DNA of 63,675 bases, the filler included, from Octopus bimaculoides (taxonomy: Eukaryota): assembly GCF_001194135.2 (NCBI RefSeq). It is 4 parts of 4 records of this genome, joined end to end, with 100 filler letters (N's around TTAATTAATTAA, not from the genome) between each part and the next. Parts side by side here need not be neighbours in the genome. Positions count along the whole stretch, not along the records: positions 39,226 to 62,130 come from NC_068999.1; positions 62,231 to 63,675 come from NW_026328367.1; 2 more parts are not named here. One strand, 5' to 3'. A program made the position numbers and the translations under genes. The notes under the pieces are model-generated. The model worked only from the letters and a program-made list of their open reading frames with translations, made no database searches and was not told the DNA's origin. Positions 54,032 to 63,675 of the stretch are shown in pieces. Each line of letters opens with the position of its first letter. The stretch's first letter is position 1.

Positions 54032-54159
54032 AGCTATTTCAGCTCTTGTATATAAATATATTTTTCCATTGTTGTTGTCCCCTTCCACAAGAAGGCAATG
54101 AAGATAATTGGCAGCAAGCTATCAGATCTTTCTGTTGCGAAGGAGATCTGATCACCTGA

Positions 54160-54813
54160 ATTCATAAGATCAAGGTGGTGGCCAGGTTATAAAACATCAA
54201 TGATGTAACAGGTCTCATGGCCCTGAATCTGGAGGGAAGCGTGTTGGCGCTGTACCTCAAGAAGGATGAGGAAGACCAACTGAGCATGGGGAAGATCAAG
54301 CAGTGCTCAGTTTGCTAAGCTGGGAATGGTCAGGTGGACAGGGGAACAGGTTGATGAGTATGCCACGGAGGTTCAGAGACTGGCCATGCTATCTGATTTT
54401 ACCAGAGAGGGTCTAGAGAATTGGCCTTTGTAAATGGCTTTCTTGATGACATATCGGTGCAACTGCACCAACTGCCAGACAGTGAGAAAATGGCAATGAG
54501 TGGAGTTCATCACTCAAGCCTGTCAACATAAAGCACCGGGTAGAAGGCAGTGGTGATGGCAGCTGTGGAAGCCCATGACGTAGTGCAATGACAGTAAACA
54601 ATAAGGAGAAAAAAACTGTTATGGAGCGACAGTAAACATTCATGAGCCAGTGTTTCAAGTGCCAGGGACTGCATATGACAAGCAACTGTGTGGAGACAAA
54701 GCCTGGACCCGTTTGCTACCAGTGTAGGCAGACTGGGCATATCACTCATAACTGCAGCCAGGGAAAAGGCCGTGAGGAAGTTGCTGCCTCTCAAACTTCC
54801 CCCACAAGCAAGT
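54160..54813 (+). pseudogene. Gypsy gag remnant with two CCHC zinc knuckles
   Basis: Translations include NDVTGLMALNLEGSVLALYLKKDEEDQ, CFKCQGLHMTSNC and CYQCRQTGHITHNC. Confidence 0.85.
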
Positions 54814-54814
54814 A

Positions 54815-57290
54815 GAGGCATTTGTGCAGTTGCTACCCATAGTTGAAGTCCTGGTTGGGGGAAAGGCAGTCAAAGCTCTCGTGGATAGGGGCTGTACAAC
54901 ATCTCTTGTGACTTTGTGACTCCAAGGATGATAAAAATATGGAAGGGAACAAGTAGTGTTCTGGAGGTTGATGGCAGTGAAATTGGATGTAAGGGTAGCA
55001 GCAAAGTGGAGATAGTGGTGTGGCACACAACACTGAGGCTGTGGGCGATTGGGACTGACCATATGGTAGACAGAATTGACTTGGTGATGGGCATAGACAC
55101 AATCAACCACCTTAGAGGTTTCAGTGTCAGTGGGGATGTGGTTTCGTTTGGTGGTGCTGGGACATCATGCACTGTAAGTCTGCAACATGAGAGGGGGCAA
55201 AGCTCTGCAGGGATTGTACTGCTTACACCACTGAGAACAAAGACCTTCAGGCAGTGTTCAATGGTCAGTGGTGGATGGTAGAGTGGTGCTGGAAAGGGGA
55301 GCCCCTGATGCTGAAGAACAGGCTGAGCTGCTACCAGCATACCTTGAAAGGACATGCCAGGAGTGAGTTTGAAGGAGAGGTAAAGAGGTGGATTAAAGAG
55401 GGTGTCCTTATCCTATGGAAAGAGGCGGTGATGAGTGGAGTGCTTCCACTAATGGCAGTGGTGCAGCTAACAAAGGGCACTGTCAGGTCAGTACTTGACT
55501 TTCGAGTGATGAATGGCCATGTATCGTGCCACACGGGTGACGAGGTGTCTGACATCTGCAATGAGACATTGCACAAATGGAGACAGATGACAAGAGTGAC
55601 AACGATTGTCAACATGAAGTTCCCATATCTGCAGTTCTATGTGAGTGAGTAACTGTGACAGTATCAGCTGGTGCAATATAAGGGCCAGACATAATGTTTG
55701 ACTCGGCTGGGTTTCAGGCTAAATTCTGTACCAAAGATCATGGCAACAGTGCTCAAATCTATCTTGGGGAAGGTGGACAAGATAAAAAAGGCTACCAATT
55801 TTTATATAGACAACATCTTGGTAGATGAGACTGTAGTAGTGTCTACCGTAGAAGTCGTATGTCATCTAAAGAAGTTTGGGCTGACAGCAAAGCAACTGGA
55901 GCTGCACTGGGGTTCAAGTTTCAAAGAAGTAAAATAGGTGCATTAGTGTTTCAGAGGGAGAATGAGGTTCCAGAACTGGGTACTAGTGTCAACAGGTGAG
56001 AACTACTCTCGATGTGTGGGAGACAAGTGGGTTACTATCCAATCGCAGGATGGCTTCAAACAGCATGCAACTACATTAAGAGACAAGCAAATAGGGCAAA
56101 CTTGGGAGACAAAGTGGGAGAGAAGATGGTGATGATGATGCAGGAGATTCTAGAGAGGGCAAGAGCAGAAGACCCAGTAAGAGGAAAGTGATATGTGCCC
56201 AAATTGAGAAATGGCCTTGAAATGGGGTCTGCATTCCATCAAAATCCAAACCAATTCGGATACCATGCTTGGCTGGGTAGGATCAGTGATCACTGAAGAA
56301 AAGAGGGTTCAAACCAAAGGGGCTGCAGAGATGTTAGTAAAGTGCCAACCAGAGAGTTAGCTGCCGAATTTGGTTTGAAGCTGAGTGTGGTCTTTGTGTC
56401 TTCAGAGAGGAGCAAGGCAAACATTCTAACGAGGATGAAAAAGACTTGGTTGGTGAAGCAAGAAGATTCGAAGCAGTGTGTCGGTTAAGTGACTTGGAAC
56501 TAAGGAGACTGCATACCATGCATCATATGAGACTGCATGCCATGCATCATATGCATCATCTGTATCTTGCCAGGTGGGTTGACTCCAATGTTACTAGACA
56601 GAGCATTCAAAAGGTGGTTGGGAACTGCGATAGATGTCAATCCATTGACTCTGCTCCGGGTGTGCATGAGCAGGGTACCATCTTGGTAGAGCACAACTGG
56701 AGACGAATGGTAGTGGATGTGAGACTCTACCAGCAAGGGACATATCTTTCTATGGTTGACTGTGGACTGGGTCGGAGGGAAATGAAGACGGGCACTGCAG
56801 AAGAGATTGCATGTATCTTGAATGAGATATTCCTGGAGTGGAGCCCTATGGACAAAATGCTGCATTATATAAGGAAATACTGAAGGAGATGCTTGATAAG
56901 TGGAATGTGCACCACTTCTTCAGAGCAGCATCCAGGCTGAATGGAAATGGAATCATGGAAAGACACCATCACATGATCAAGGCCAGGGTGGAGAGGGGAC
57001 ACATCTCATCACTGGAAGTGGTATTCTGGTATAATATGTCGCCCTGATTTGGACAGGCCAAAGAGTCTGTGTCACACAGAGTGATATTCAGATGTGAATA
57101 GCAGCATCTGAGTAAACCATCAGAATGCCCTGTGGAAGAAAGAAGGCCTGCCTTCGTGCAGGTAGGGGATGAAGTCTGGATCAATCTCCCAAAGGCATGC
57201 TGCACATCTCAGTGGAACAGAGGAGCATTGATGGCTGTTGATTCCAAAAATAATGTTTCTTTGGATGGTATGTCACGTCAGATGACAAAG
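54815..57290 (+). pseudogene. Gypsy pol remnant (protease, RT, partial RNase H, integrase), frameshifted
   Basis: Translations include LPIVEVLVGGKAVKALVDRG, GVLPLMAVVQLTKGTVRSVLDFR, LGFRLNSVPKIM...YIDN, HHLYLAR...CDRCQSID and NGNGIMERHHHMIK. Confidence 0.92.
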
Positions 57291-57418
57291 GTGGAGGAGA
57301 AGAAGAGAATGAGGCTCCCTCCCTGTGGAGATCACAGTGCACGAGGCATCTGCCTGGGTGGATGACAGATTTTGACATGGAGTGAAGTGAAGAGGTGATC
57401 TTTGAGATCAGTGGAGCA

Positions 57419-57723
57419 TGTGGGAATGAGATGCGCTGGAAGGAAAGGGCTGTGATATCAATGGCCTAGAGGCCCCACCAGAAAAGGAAGGGTGAGAGAG
57501 GAAGTGAGGGAAGCAAGATCAGGATCATGTTCTTACGGCCTGGGGCAGTGGTGGAGAACAGATGCGAGTGGATGAGTGAGCAAGCAGGGAGTGGTAATAG
57601 TAGCTGCTAACATTAGGTGAGATGGGGAGGGCATGTGTTTGGACTTAACACAGCTGGACAGCCAACAATGAGAGATAGGTGAACCATATTTTATTTTCTG
57701 CATTACAGTTCTCTCATACTGCA
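57419..57723 (+). repeat. 3' LTR (305 bp, TG...CA)
   Basis: Starts with tgtggg, ends with ctgca, and is followed by TSD tagat. Confidence 0.95.
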
Positions 57724-57814
57724 TAGATCAATGTAGATTGGTAGAAATAGAGAGATAGAGAAAACAATTTTTCAAATTCTTCAAAATTCTTTGGTCGTCT
57801 ATTCCTCCTCCTCC

Positions 57815-58015
57815 TCCTCATCATCATCATTTAGCATCCATTTTCCATGCCAGCATGGGTTTCCATGCTGGCATGGTTTGAGTGGAACTGGTAAGCCAGG
57901 GAGCTGCACCAAACTCCAATCTGTTTTGGCTTGGTTTCTATGGCTGGAATGCCTTTCTTAACACCAACTACTCCATAGAATGTACCAGGTGTCTTTAATG
58001 TGTCACTGGCATGGG
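57815..58015 (-). mobile_element. RTE-tailed SINE fragment nested in the PLE
   Basis: 'catcatcatcatttagcatccattttccatgccagcatggg...ggctggaatgcctttcttaacaccaac'. Confidence 0.75.
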
Positions 58016-60277
58016 TGCCTTGCCTTGCTATAACATAAATTTTCTGAATGCAACTTTTAATTTGGACACAGGATTATTTGAGCCTTTCCACAACCAAAAT
58101 GAGAACCTGAGGTATGTTAATGTACAGTCAAATCACCCATCTTCTATAATATCAAGAATGAAGCAATTTTTAACACACATGTCCTATATTCATTGATAGT
58201 GTTAGTCTAAACAGATTGGAGAACATATTAGATTTTGCTGCATGTTCTGCATACAATGGTTTGCCTGGTGATATCAAAACCACACAAAATATCAATACTT
58301 TTAAGTGAAAGCTAGGTCATATTATTGATAATGAAATTGAGAATGCAGTGTTGGCTCAAAATTTGTTGATCCCTCATTGATATTGATGATTTCGTTTGAG
58401 CATGTACTATCCTTACACTAGGATAGTAATATACATTCTTCTCTTATTGATTTTATTGAATCTTGTTACTTCTACTCAAGTGTCAATAAGGTAACAATTA
58501 GGATATTTATTATACCCACAAAATATCTTATGATTTTAGTTGTACTCATGGATGTCTCTGACTGATAGGTTGTGCACTAGTAAAGATCCTACTGAGGCAC
58601 ATGACAGCCTCATAGCCTAACTAACTAAAAATGGAGAAAATGATGAATTCTTCCATGTCGCTGAATAACTGTTAGGAGTTCTTGCTTTAGTAAATTTATA
58701 GAAGACAATGATGATGATGATAAGAGACAGAGACAGAAAAAGAAAGATGTTTATTTATGATTTAGTTGTAAATTGAAAAATAAAACAACTTTTCAAAGAA
58801 AATATTGTGGAATGACATTGGACTGTTTTGATTGTCATGGAAAAAGAGAAAATACTGCAAACTGGTTACCAAGCAGTTTCAGCGCAATGTTCTGTTGTTA
58901 GGAGCTAACTATCAATTTCTTTGCTCTATAATGTGTAACAGAGCATTCTTGTACCTTGTAATTGCATCTCCACTACTTTGATAACTGAATTTGTATGCTA
59001 CTATTTAAATGTAAATAACTGTAATTTGCATCACAATTCATCTCCAATTTCAGCCATTTGTATCACAATTTTCTCCAGCTTAACACACATAGTAAATCAC
59101 TTCTATTGCAAACTCCCACCCCACCCCACCCCCCAAAAAAAGGAAAAGATCCTTCTGTTTTTCAGATATTGTGATTCTAAGAATACATTATCTAATGTGC
59201 CTTAATATTTTTTCAGACATGTGATCCAAAGGAAATTTTGCTATTATTTCAAGCGGAACGACCAATCCCTAGAGGTCGCATCTTAACTGTGGTAGTTTTT
59301 TTATAACTGCAAACCAACAAGGGACCCTCTACATGGAAAAAGAAACCAAAAAAAGTAGAAGTTATAATACTGCATTGGTTAGAGCTGGATATACATAAAA
59401 AATAAAACTTATGTATAATAATAATATAGGTAATTCTATACGCACAATTCTAGACATACTATTGGTAAACCTAGAATTGAGGGAGATGGAATAAAATACA
59501 AATGAGAAATAAAGATACTTAAAATAAAATTGGAACTGAAAATATGGAAAATTCAAAATATGAAGTTTAAATCTAACTCATTAAATAGTGACACTTCCAC
59601 ATCATATATTAGCAACAATAGACTGAGCAAAAAGATATAAGAAATCTGCTGTTCTGTGGTATAATCCTATCTCTGGATTACAAATATCATCTAACATTGC
59701 AAAGAAATACTTTACAACATTGGATAAATGCTTTTCAAGATCCAATAAATACAAGATCTTTAACAGGTACATAGTGAAGGTATCTTTATCAAATTCTAGT
59801 AACTTAGAATACTATATACATAAAATTAGTAAGAAGAAATTAAAGCATAAGATAAATAACACAGTTAGTGAGGGAACACTAAAGGATAATTTATCCATTA
59901 AGGACTCTGATAATATGGAAGAAACAAGTCAAGCAGTTTCCAATAATTACAATGAAATTAATAATATAAGGAACTACAGGGAAAATACTGCTGATAGCAA
60001 ATATGTTGAAAATTCAAATGTTTATAATACTCATAACAGCAGCAATGAACTTAATGAAAGCCAATTAGGGCCACATAATAAAAGAAAAGAATGATAGAAG
60101 AAATAATGAGGATGAAAGAAAAAAGAATAACAAAACAGTAAATAGAGAACTAAAGAACAATTGTACAATTAGGGACAAAAGCACATGTCCATTATAAGAC
60201 CAAGGCATGTGTTGTAACACAATATACAAATGCACAGTGAGTACCAAAGGATGCACATATGTATATAGGGGCATATA

Positions 60278-60447
60278 TCATCATCATCATCATCATCGTT
60301 TAACGTCCGCTTTCCATGCTAGCATGGGTTGGACGATTTGACTGAGGACTGGTGAAACCGGATGGCAACACCAGGCTCCAGTCTGATTTGGCAGAGTTTC
60401 TACAGCTGGATGCCCTTCCTAACGCCAACCACTCAGAGAGTGTAGTG
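60278..60447 (-). mobile_element. Young RTE-tailed SINE copy with (GAT)n tail
   Basis: 'catcatcatcgtttaacgtccgctttccatgctagcatgggttggacg...ggatgcccttcctaacgcc'; CpGs are retained. Confidence 0.85.
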
Positions 60448-60984
60448 NNNNNNNNNNNNNNNNNNNNNNNNNNNNNNNNNNNNNNNNNNNNNNNNNNNNN
60501 NNNNNNNNNNNNNNNNNNNNNNNNNNNNNNNNNNNNNNNNNNNNNNNNNNNNNNNNNNNNNNNNNNNNNNNNNNNNNNNNNNNNNNNNNNNNNNNNNNNN
60601 NNNNNNNNNNNNNNNNNNNNNNNNNNNNNNNNNNNNNNNNNNNNNNNNNNNNNNNNNNNNNNNNNNNNNNNNNNNNNNNNNNNNNNNNNNNNNNNNNNNN
60701 NNNNNNNNNNNNNNNNNNNNNNNNNNNNNNNNNNNNNNNNNNNNNNNNNNNNNNNNNNNNNNNNNNNNNNNNNNNNNNNNNNNNNNNNNNNNNNNNNNNN
60801 NNNNNNNNNNNNNNNNNNNNNNNNNNNNNNNNNNNNNNNNNNNNNNNNNNNNNNNNNNNNNNNNNNNNNNNNNNNNNNNNNNNNNNNNNNNNNNNNNNNN
60901 NNNNNNNNNNNNNNNNNNNNNNNNNNNNNATATATATATATATATACATTCATGCATATAAATATATATATATAAACACATATA

Positions 60985-61420
60985 TACAGGTCCATAGCTT
61001 CTTCCCTAACCCAACCTCCCAACCCAGCTCATTCCTCTGCTCCCACCCACACAACCGCACTTGCCCTTACCTCTCCAACACCACCCTCCTCATCGGCACC
61101 TATCATCGACCCTATATCACCGACTCCTTCACCTGCACTTCTATCAATGTCATCTACTGTATCTCCTGTTCTCTCTGCCCTTCTCTATACATCGAGCAAA
61201 CGGGACGCTGCTTGGCTGACCGGTTAGCAAAACACCTCTGAGACATCCGACTCCACGATGATACCCCAGTCTTGCATCATTTCCGCTCTGCTCTACCAGT
61301 CACTCTTTGCAGCACCTGTCTGTGTTCAGATTGTCCTTGTACAGTGGCCATCTGGACTCCCATCTTCGTCATGAACAAAGATTAATCTTTTCTCTTCGCT
61401 CCTTTGCGCCACACTGAGTA
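60985..61420 (+). mobile_element. PLE GIY-YIG endonuclease end (Neptune/Poseidon-type, same family as 22.4-23.7 kb)
   Basis: Translations include ITDSFTCTSINVIYCISCSLCPSLYIEQTGRCLADRLAKHL*DIR...TPVLHHF and EQRLIFSL. Confidence 0.88.
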
Positions 61421-62130
61421 ATAATATCATGTGGAAAGAGAAGAGGAACAACAGGGTCAAAAGATGATCGCAAACGATTTTGGGAAGTGACAAAGGCAAG
61501 GAGACAAGAGGAAACAGCTGAGATGATGGCCATAGAGTCAGGAAATTTAGAAAGAGAGAAAGAGAGACTGAAGAGTATAGGAGTGCACATTTCCAGGATG
61601 TGAAACAAAGAGAAAATAGTAGAAACTTAGATCCTCCAAGGCTTTGTAATGGAAGACAGATGATCATGCAAGAAATGCTTGAGAATCTAACTAATCATAG
61701 TAAAGATCAATGTTGGTGTTATTCAAAAATGACATTGTCATGATTCCTAGAATTCAGCTCAATATATGAGAAGATGAAGATGCAGAATGTCTTAATTTAG
61801 CTTGACAAATCAGTTTTCCAGCATAACCAACTGTGTGTAGCTTTAAGCTGAAGAATAAGAAATGAAAATGTAGGAAGCCAGGTCAATCAGAAATGTTATC
61901 ATAAAAAGCATTCTCCTTTAAACAGCCAATATGTACAATTGTCTTCCATCTTTAATACAGAAAGCATTGTCAATAACCTTCCAGACAAAGCCTTCATATT
62001 CACAATTTTATTCATGCATTTAACAGATTACTATTATAGGAATAGTTCCAATTAAAGAAGTCAAGAAGTTAGATTAAATATATATATATATATATATATA
62101 TCATCATCATCATCATCATCATCATCGTTT

Positions 62131-62230
62131 NNNNNNNNNNNNNNNNNNNNNNNNNNNNNNNNNNNNNNNNNNNNTTAATTAATTAANNNNNNNNNNNNNN
62201 NNNNNNNNNNNNNNNNNNNNNNNNNNNNNN
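62131..62230. other. Artificial scaffold-join spacer N44-TTAATTAATTAA-N44
   Basis: Third identical 100-bp spacer. Confidence 0.93.
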
Positions 62231-62582
62231 CAGTTAACGTCATTGAACGTTTTCAGAAAAAAATTTTAACACGTGTTATTTTAATTTTGTCTCTTTCTCA
62301 ACAGACATGCGTGAAGTGCTATCTGGCCAGTGTCAATACGAAATTTTATTTTCATTTCCATTAAAACTTCTATTACGCGTTAATAATTATCGCAGCAGTT
62401 GCAAGGTAAGATATAAAATTCTTTGTCTCTCTGTAATAATTATTGTGGTATTTACCGTTAAATTAGCAGTTCCATACATGTGTTATTTCGTTCATTTGCT
62501 TATATTTCGTTAATTTACACTGCATACAAAAATACGGACATACTATATACAAACAACTGCTTACAAAAATAGAGATTAATGC

Positions 62583-62802
62583 ATTGGATTGACCGGAAAG
62601 TTCGTGCTTACCTTTCGACTTACTTGCCATGAAACCACCTCACTTCTGGGAAGAGGTTATTTTCAAGTTAAAGGAGAGATGGAGACGCATTGTGTAACAA
62701 AATGGTTCATATTTGGTTGATTAAAAATGTAATGGCAAGTATTTATTGATCTTCTTTTTTTTCCCCTTTGAAAATCGACACGAACTTTCCGGACAGCCCA
62801 AT
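62583..62802 (+). mobile_element. 220-bp mariner deletion derivative (MITE-like) with both TIRs
   Basis: TIRs are attggattgaccggaaagttcgtg and cacgaactttccggacagcccaat. The internal FWEEVIFKLKERWRRIV*QNGSYL is a mariner C-terminus. Confidence 0.85.
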
Positions 62803-62859
62803 TTATTTTTTCAATGTTCATAATTTTTTTGTTTACAATATTGAAAGAATATGCCACCA

Positions 62860-63345
62860 AAGAAAAGACGTGTTTCTCTCCAGAAACACGTATAAAGCGA
62901 GGAGAATTGCTGAAAACCGAAGGCGTGTGTCTCATCAGGGAAACGAGATGAGACTTTCTCAGGGTCAGCAGATGCATGCTGCAGCACGTCAAATGGAGTC
63001 TCAAGAGAGAAAGGAGATGAGATTTTCCCAAGATCAGCTAAGGCATGCTGCAATACTTAATGCTGAGTCATTAGAACAACGTTTAGCACGCTATATTAAG
63101 CAGATGTCCTATACAATACAGCTCTCAGAAATGGACCACAGGCAAATTCGTTCTTCACAACACCAGGAGCTGCTTTCAGATATGATCCATCCCAGCCTTA
63201 TAAAAACAATAATTCTGTACAAATTGGTGTGCTACACTCAAACTGTCGTTTCTGCAAAGCTTTCAAATTTCCAAATGAAACTAGTGGCATGTGCTGCTCA
63301 GGCGGTAAGGTAAGATTGCCAGCACTACCAGCTCCTCCTCAACCT
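62860..63345 (+). mobile_element. Helitron Rep/helicase N-terminal remnant (STPR-like repeats plus Cys-rich region), frameshifted
   Basis: ESQERKEMRFSQDQLRHAAILNAESLEQRLAR shows ~23-aa periodic repeats. It is followed by CRFCKAFKFPNETSGMCCSGGKVRLPALPAPPQP, the CxxCxAxKFxxExxGxCCxxGKVxLP motif typical of animal Helitrons. Confidence 0.88.
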
Positions 63346-63675
63346 TTTTCGATAGTTCACTTCCCCATCACCGTCTCCCATTACAGCCCATTTCCAGAAT
63401 GTTCCCACTTACGTACAATATTTCCATTACACCTCCATCCATCTGACTGTTAACCATACGATGGGTCGTGTTACACGTAGCGCTGACCGCTTCAAAGGCG
63501 AGTATATCCACTGATAGCTTTTCTGTGGGTTCAAAAATTACACACCTCCACCCCAGTTTTCCACGCTAGGTTAGGGCATGGAATCCTCCAAACGGATGTA
63601 TTACATGTCGATTAGTCGAATTTGGCCATCATTTACTCTACAAATGTTTTGTCGTCAATGCTGCACTTTCCCGTA

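Larger units (their letters stand above)
53727..57723 (+). mobile_element. Two-LTR Ty3/Gypsy retrotransposon, decayed, with 5-bp TSD TAGAT
   Basis: Two 305-bp LTRs; TAGAT at 53722-53726 and 57724-57728; domain order gag-PR-RT-(RH)-IN. Confidence 0.95.
53425..60272 (+). mobile_element. Fragmented Penelope-like element (Naiad-like) interrupted by nested insertions; pieces at about 53425-53726, 57724-57805, 58020-58195 and 59360-60272
   Basis: Pieces in collinear order: INPILLNKALIFA...EIEII; SFYAAIRSSDSAQVMDLF (GSxDGAEVCEL); GLYRDD (YRDD 53697-53708); INFLNATFNLDTGLFEPF...YVNVQSNHPSSII; YNTALVRAGY; VLWYNP...KYKIFNRYIVKVS; and a GIY-YIG start, CTIRDKSTCPL...IYKCTV...YVYRG. Confidence 0.82.

Noticed and set aside
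59216-59310. CpG-containing exon-like stretch after 'tttttcag'
   Set aside because: It has no good donor, and it lies collinearly between PLE pieces (just before YNTALVRAGY), so it is more simply explained as decayed PLE sequence.
59720-60094. 124-aa Asn/Ser-rich ORF as a host gene
   Set aside because: Its start (KYKIFNRYIVKVS) is the PLE linker between RT and GIY-YIG, so it is transposon-derived.
3194-61022. Long ORFs made mostly of X
   Set aside because: They span assembly N-gaps flanked by (TA)n and are not real reading frames.

Overview
This is AT-rich, microsatellite-dense animal DNA. Its SINE repertoire matches what I recognise from Octopus (cephalopod) genomes. It is a gapped draft assembly made of four scaffolds joined by identical artificial 100-bp spacers, N44-TTAATTAATTAA-N44 (segments A 1-23858, B 23959-39125, C 39226-62130, D 62231-63675). 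I could not confidently identify any intact host gene. Nearly all listed ORFs are artefacts of simple repeats, N-gaps or decayed transposons. The interpretable content is mostly decayed transposable elements: many tRNA-derived and RTE-tailed SINEs, five Penelope-like (PLE) fragments of two types, a two-LTR Ty3/Gypsy element (305-bp LTRs, 5-bp TSD TAGAT) inserted 18 bp after the catalytic YRDD motif of a PLE reverse transcriptase, mariner and maT remnants, an R4/Dong-type 3' end, an APE-type LINE, a Helitron N-terminus with STPR-like repeats, and several long fold-back elements. The points most worth following up are: (i) three hammerhead-ribozyme-like motifs, one canonical minimal type I and two variants, one of which lies in a 334-bp unit bounded by 17-bp direct repeats; (ii) a CpG-depleted domain (segment C) suggesting a methylated gene body; (iii) a near-invariant 63-bp block in otherwise 18%-diverged LTRs; and (iv) long hairpins that could form dsRNA. 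I did not find a clearly novel protein-coding system.
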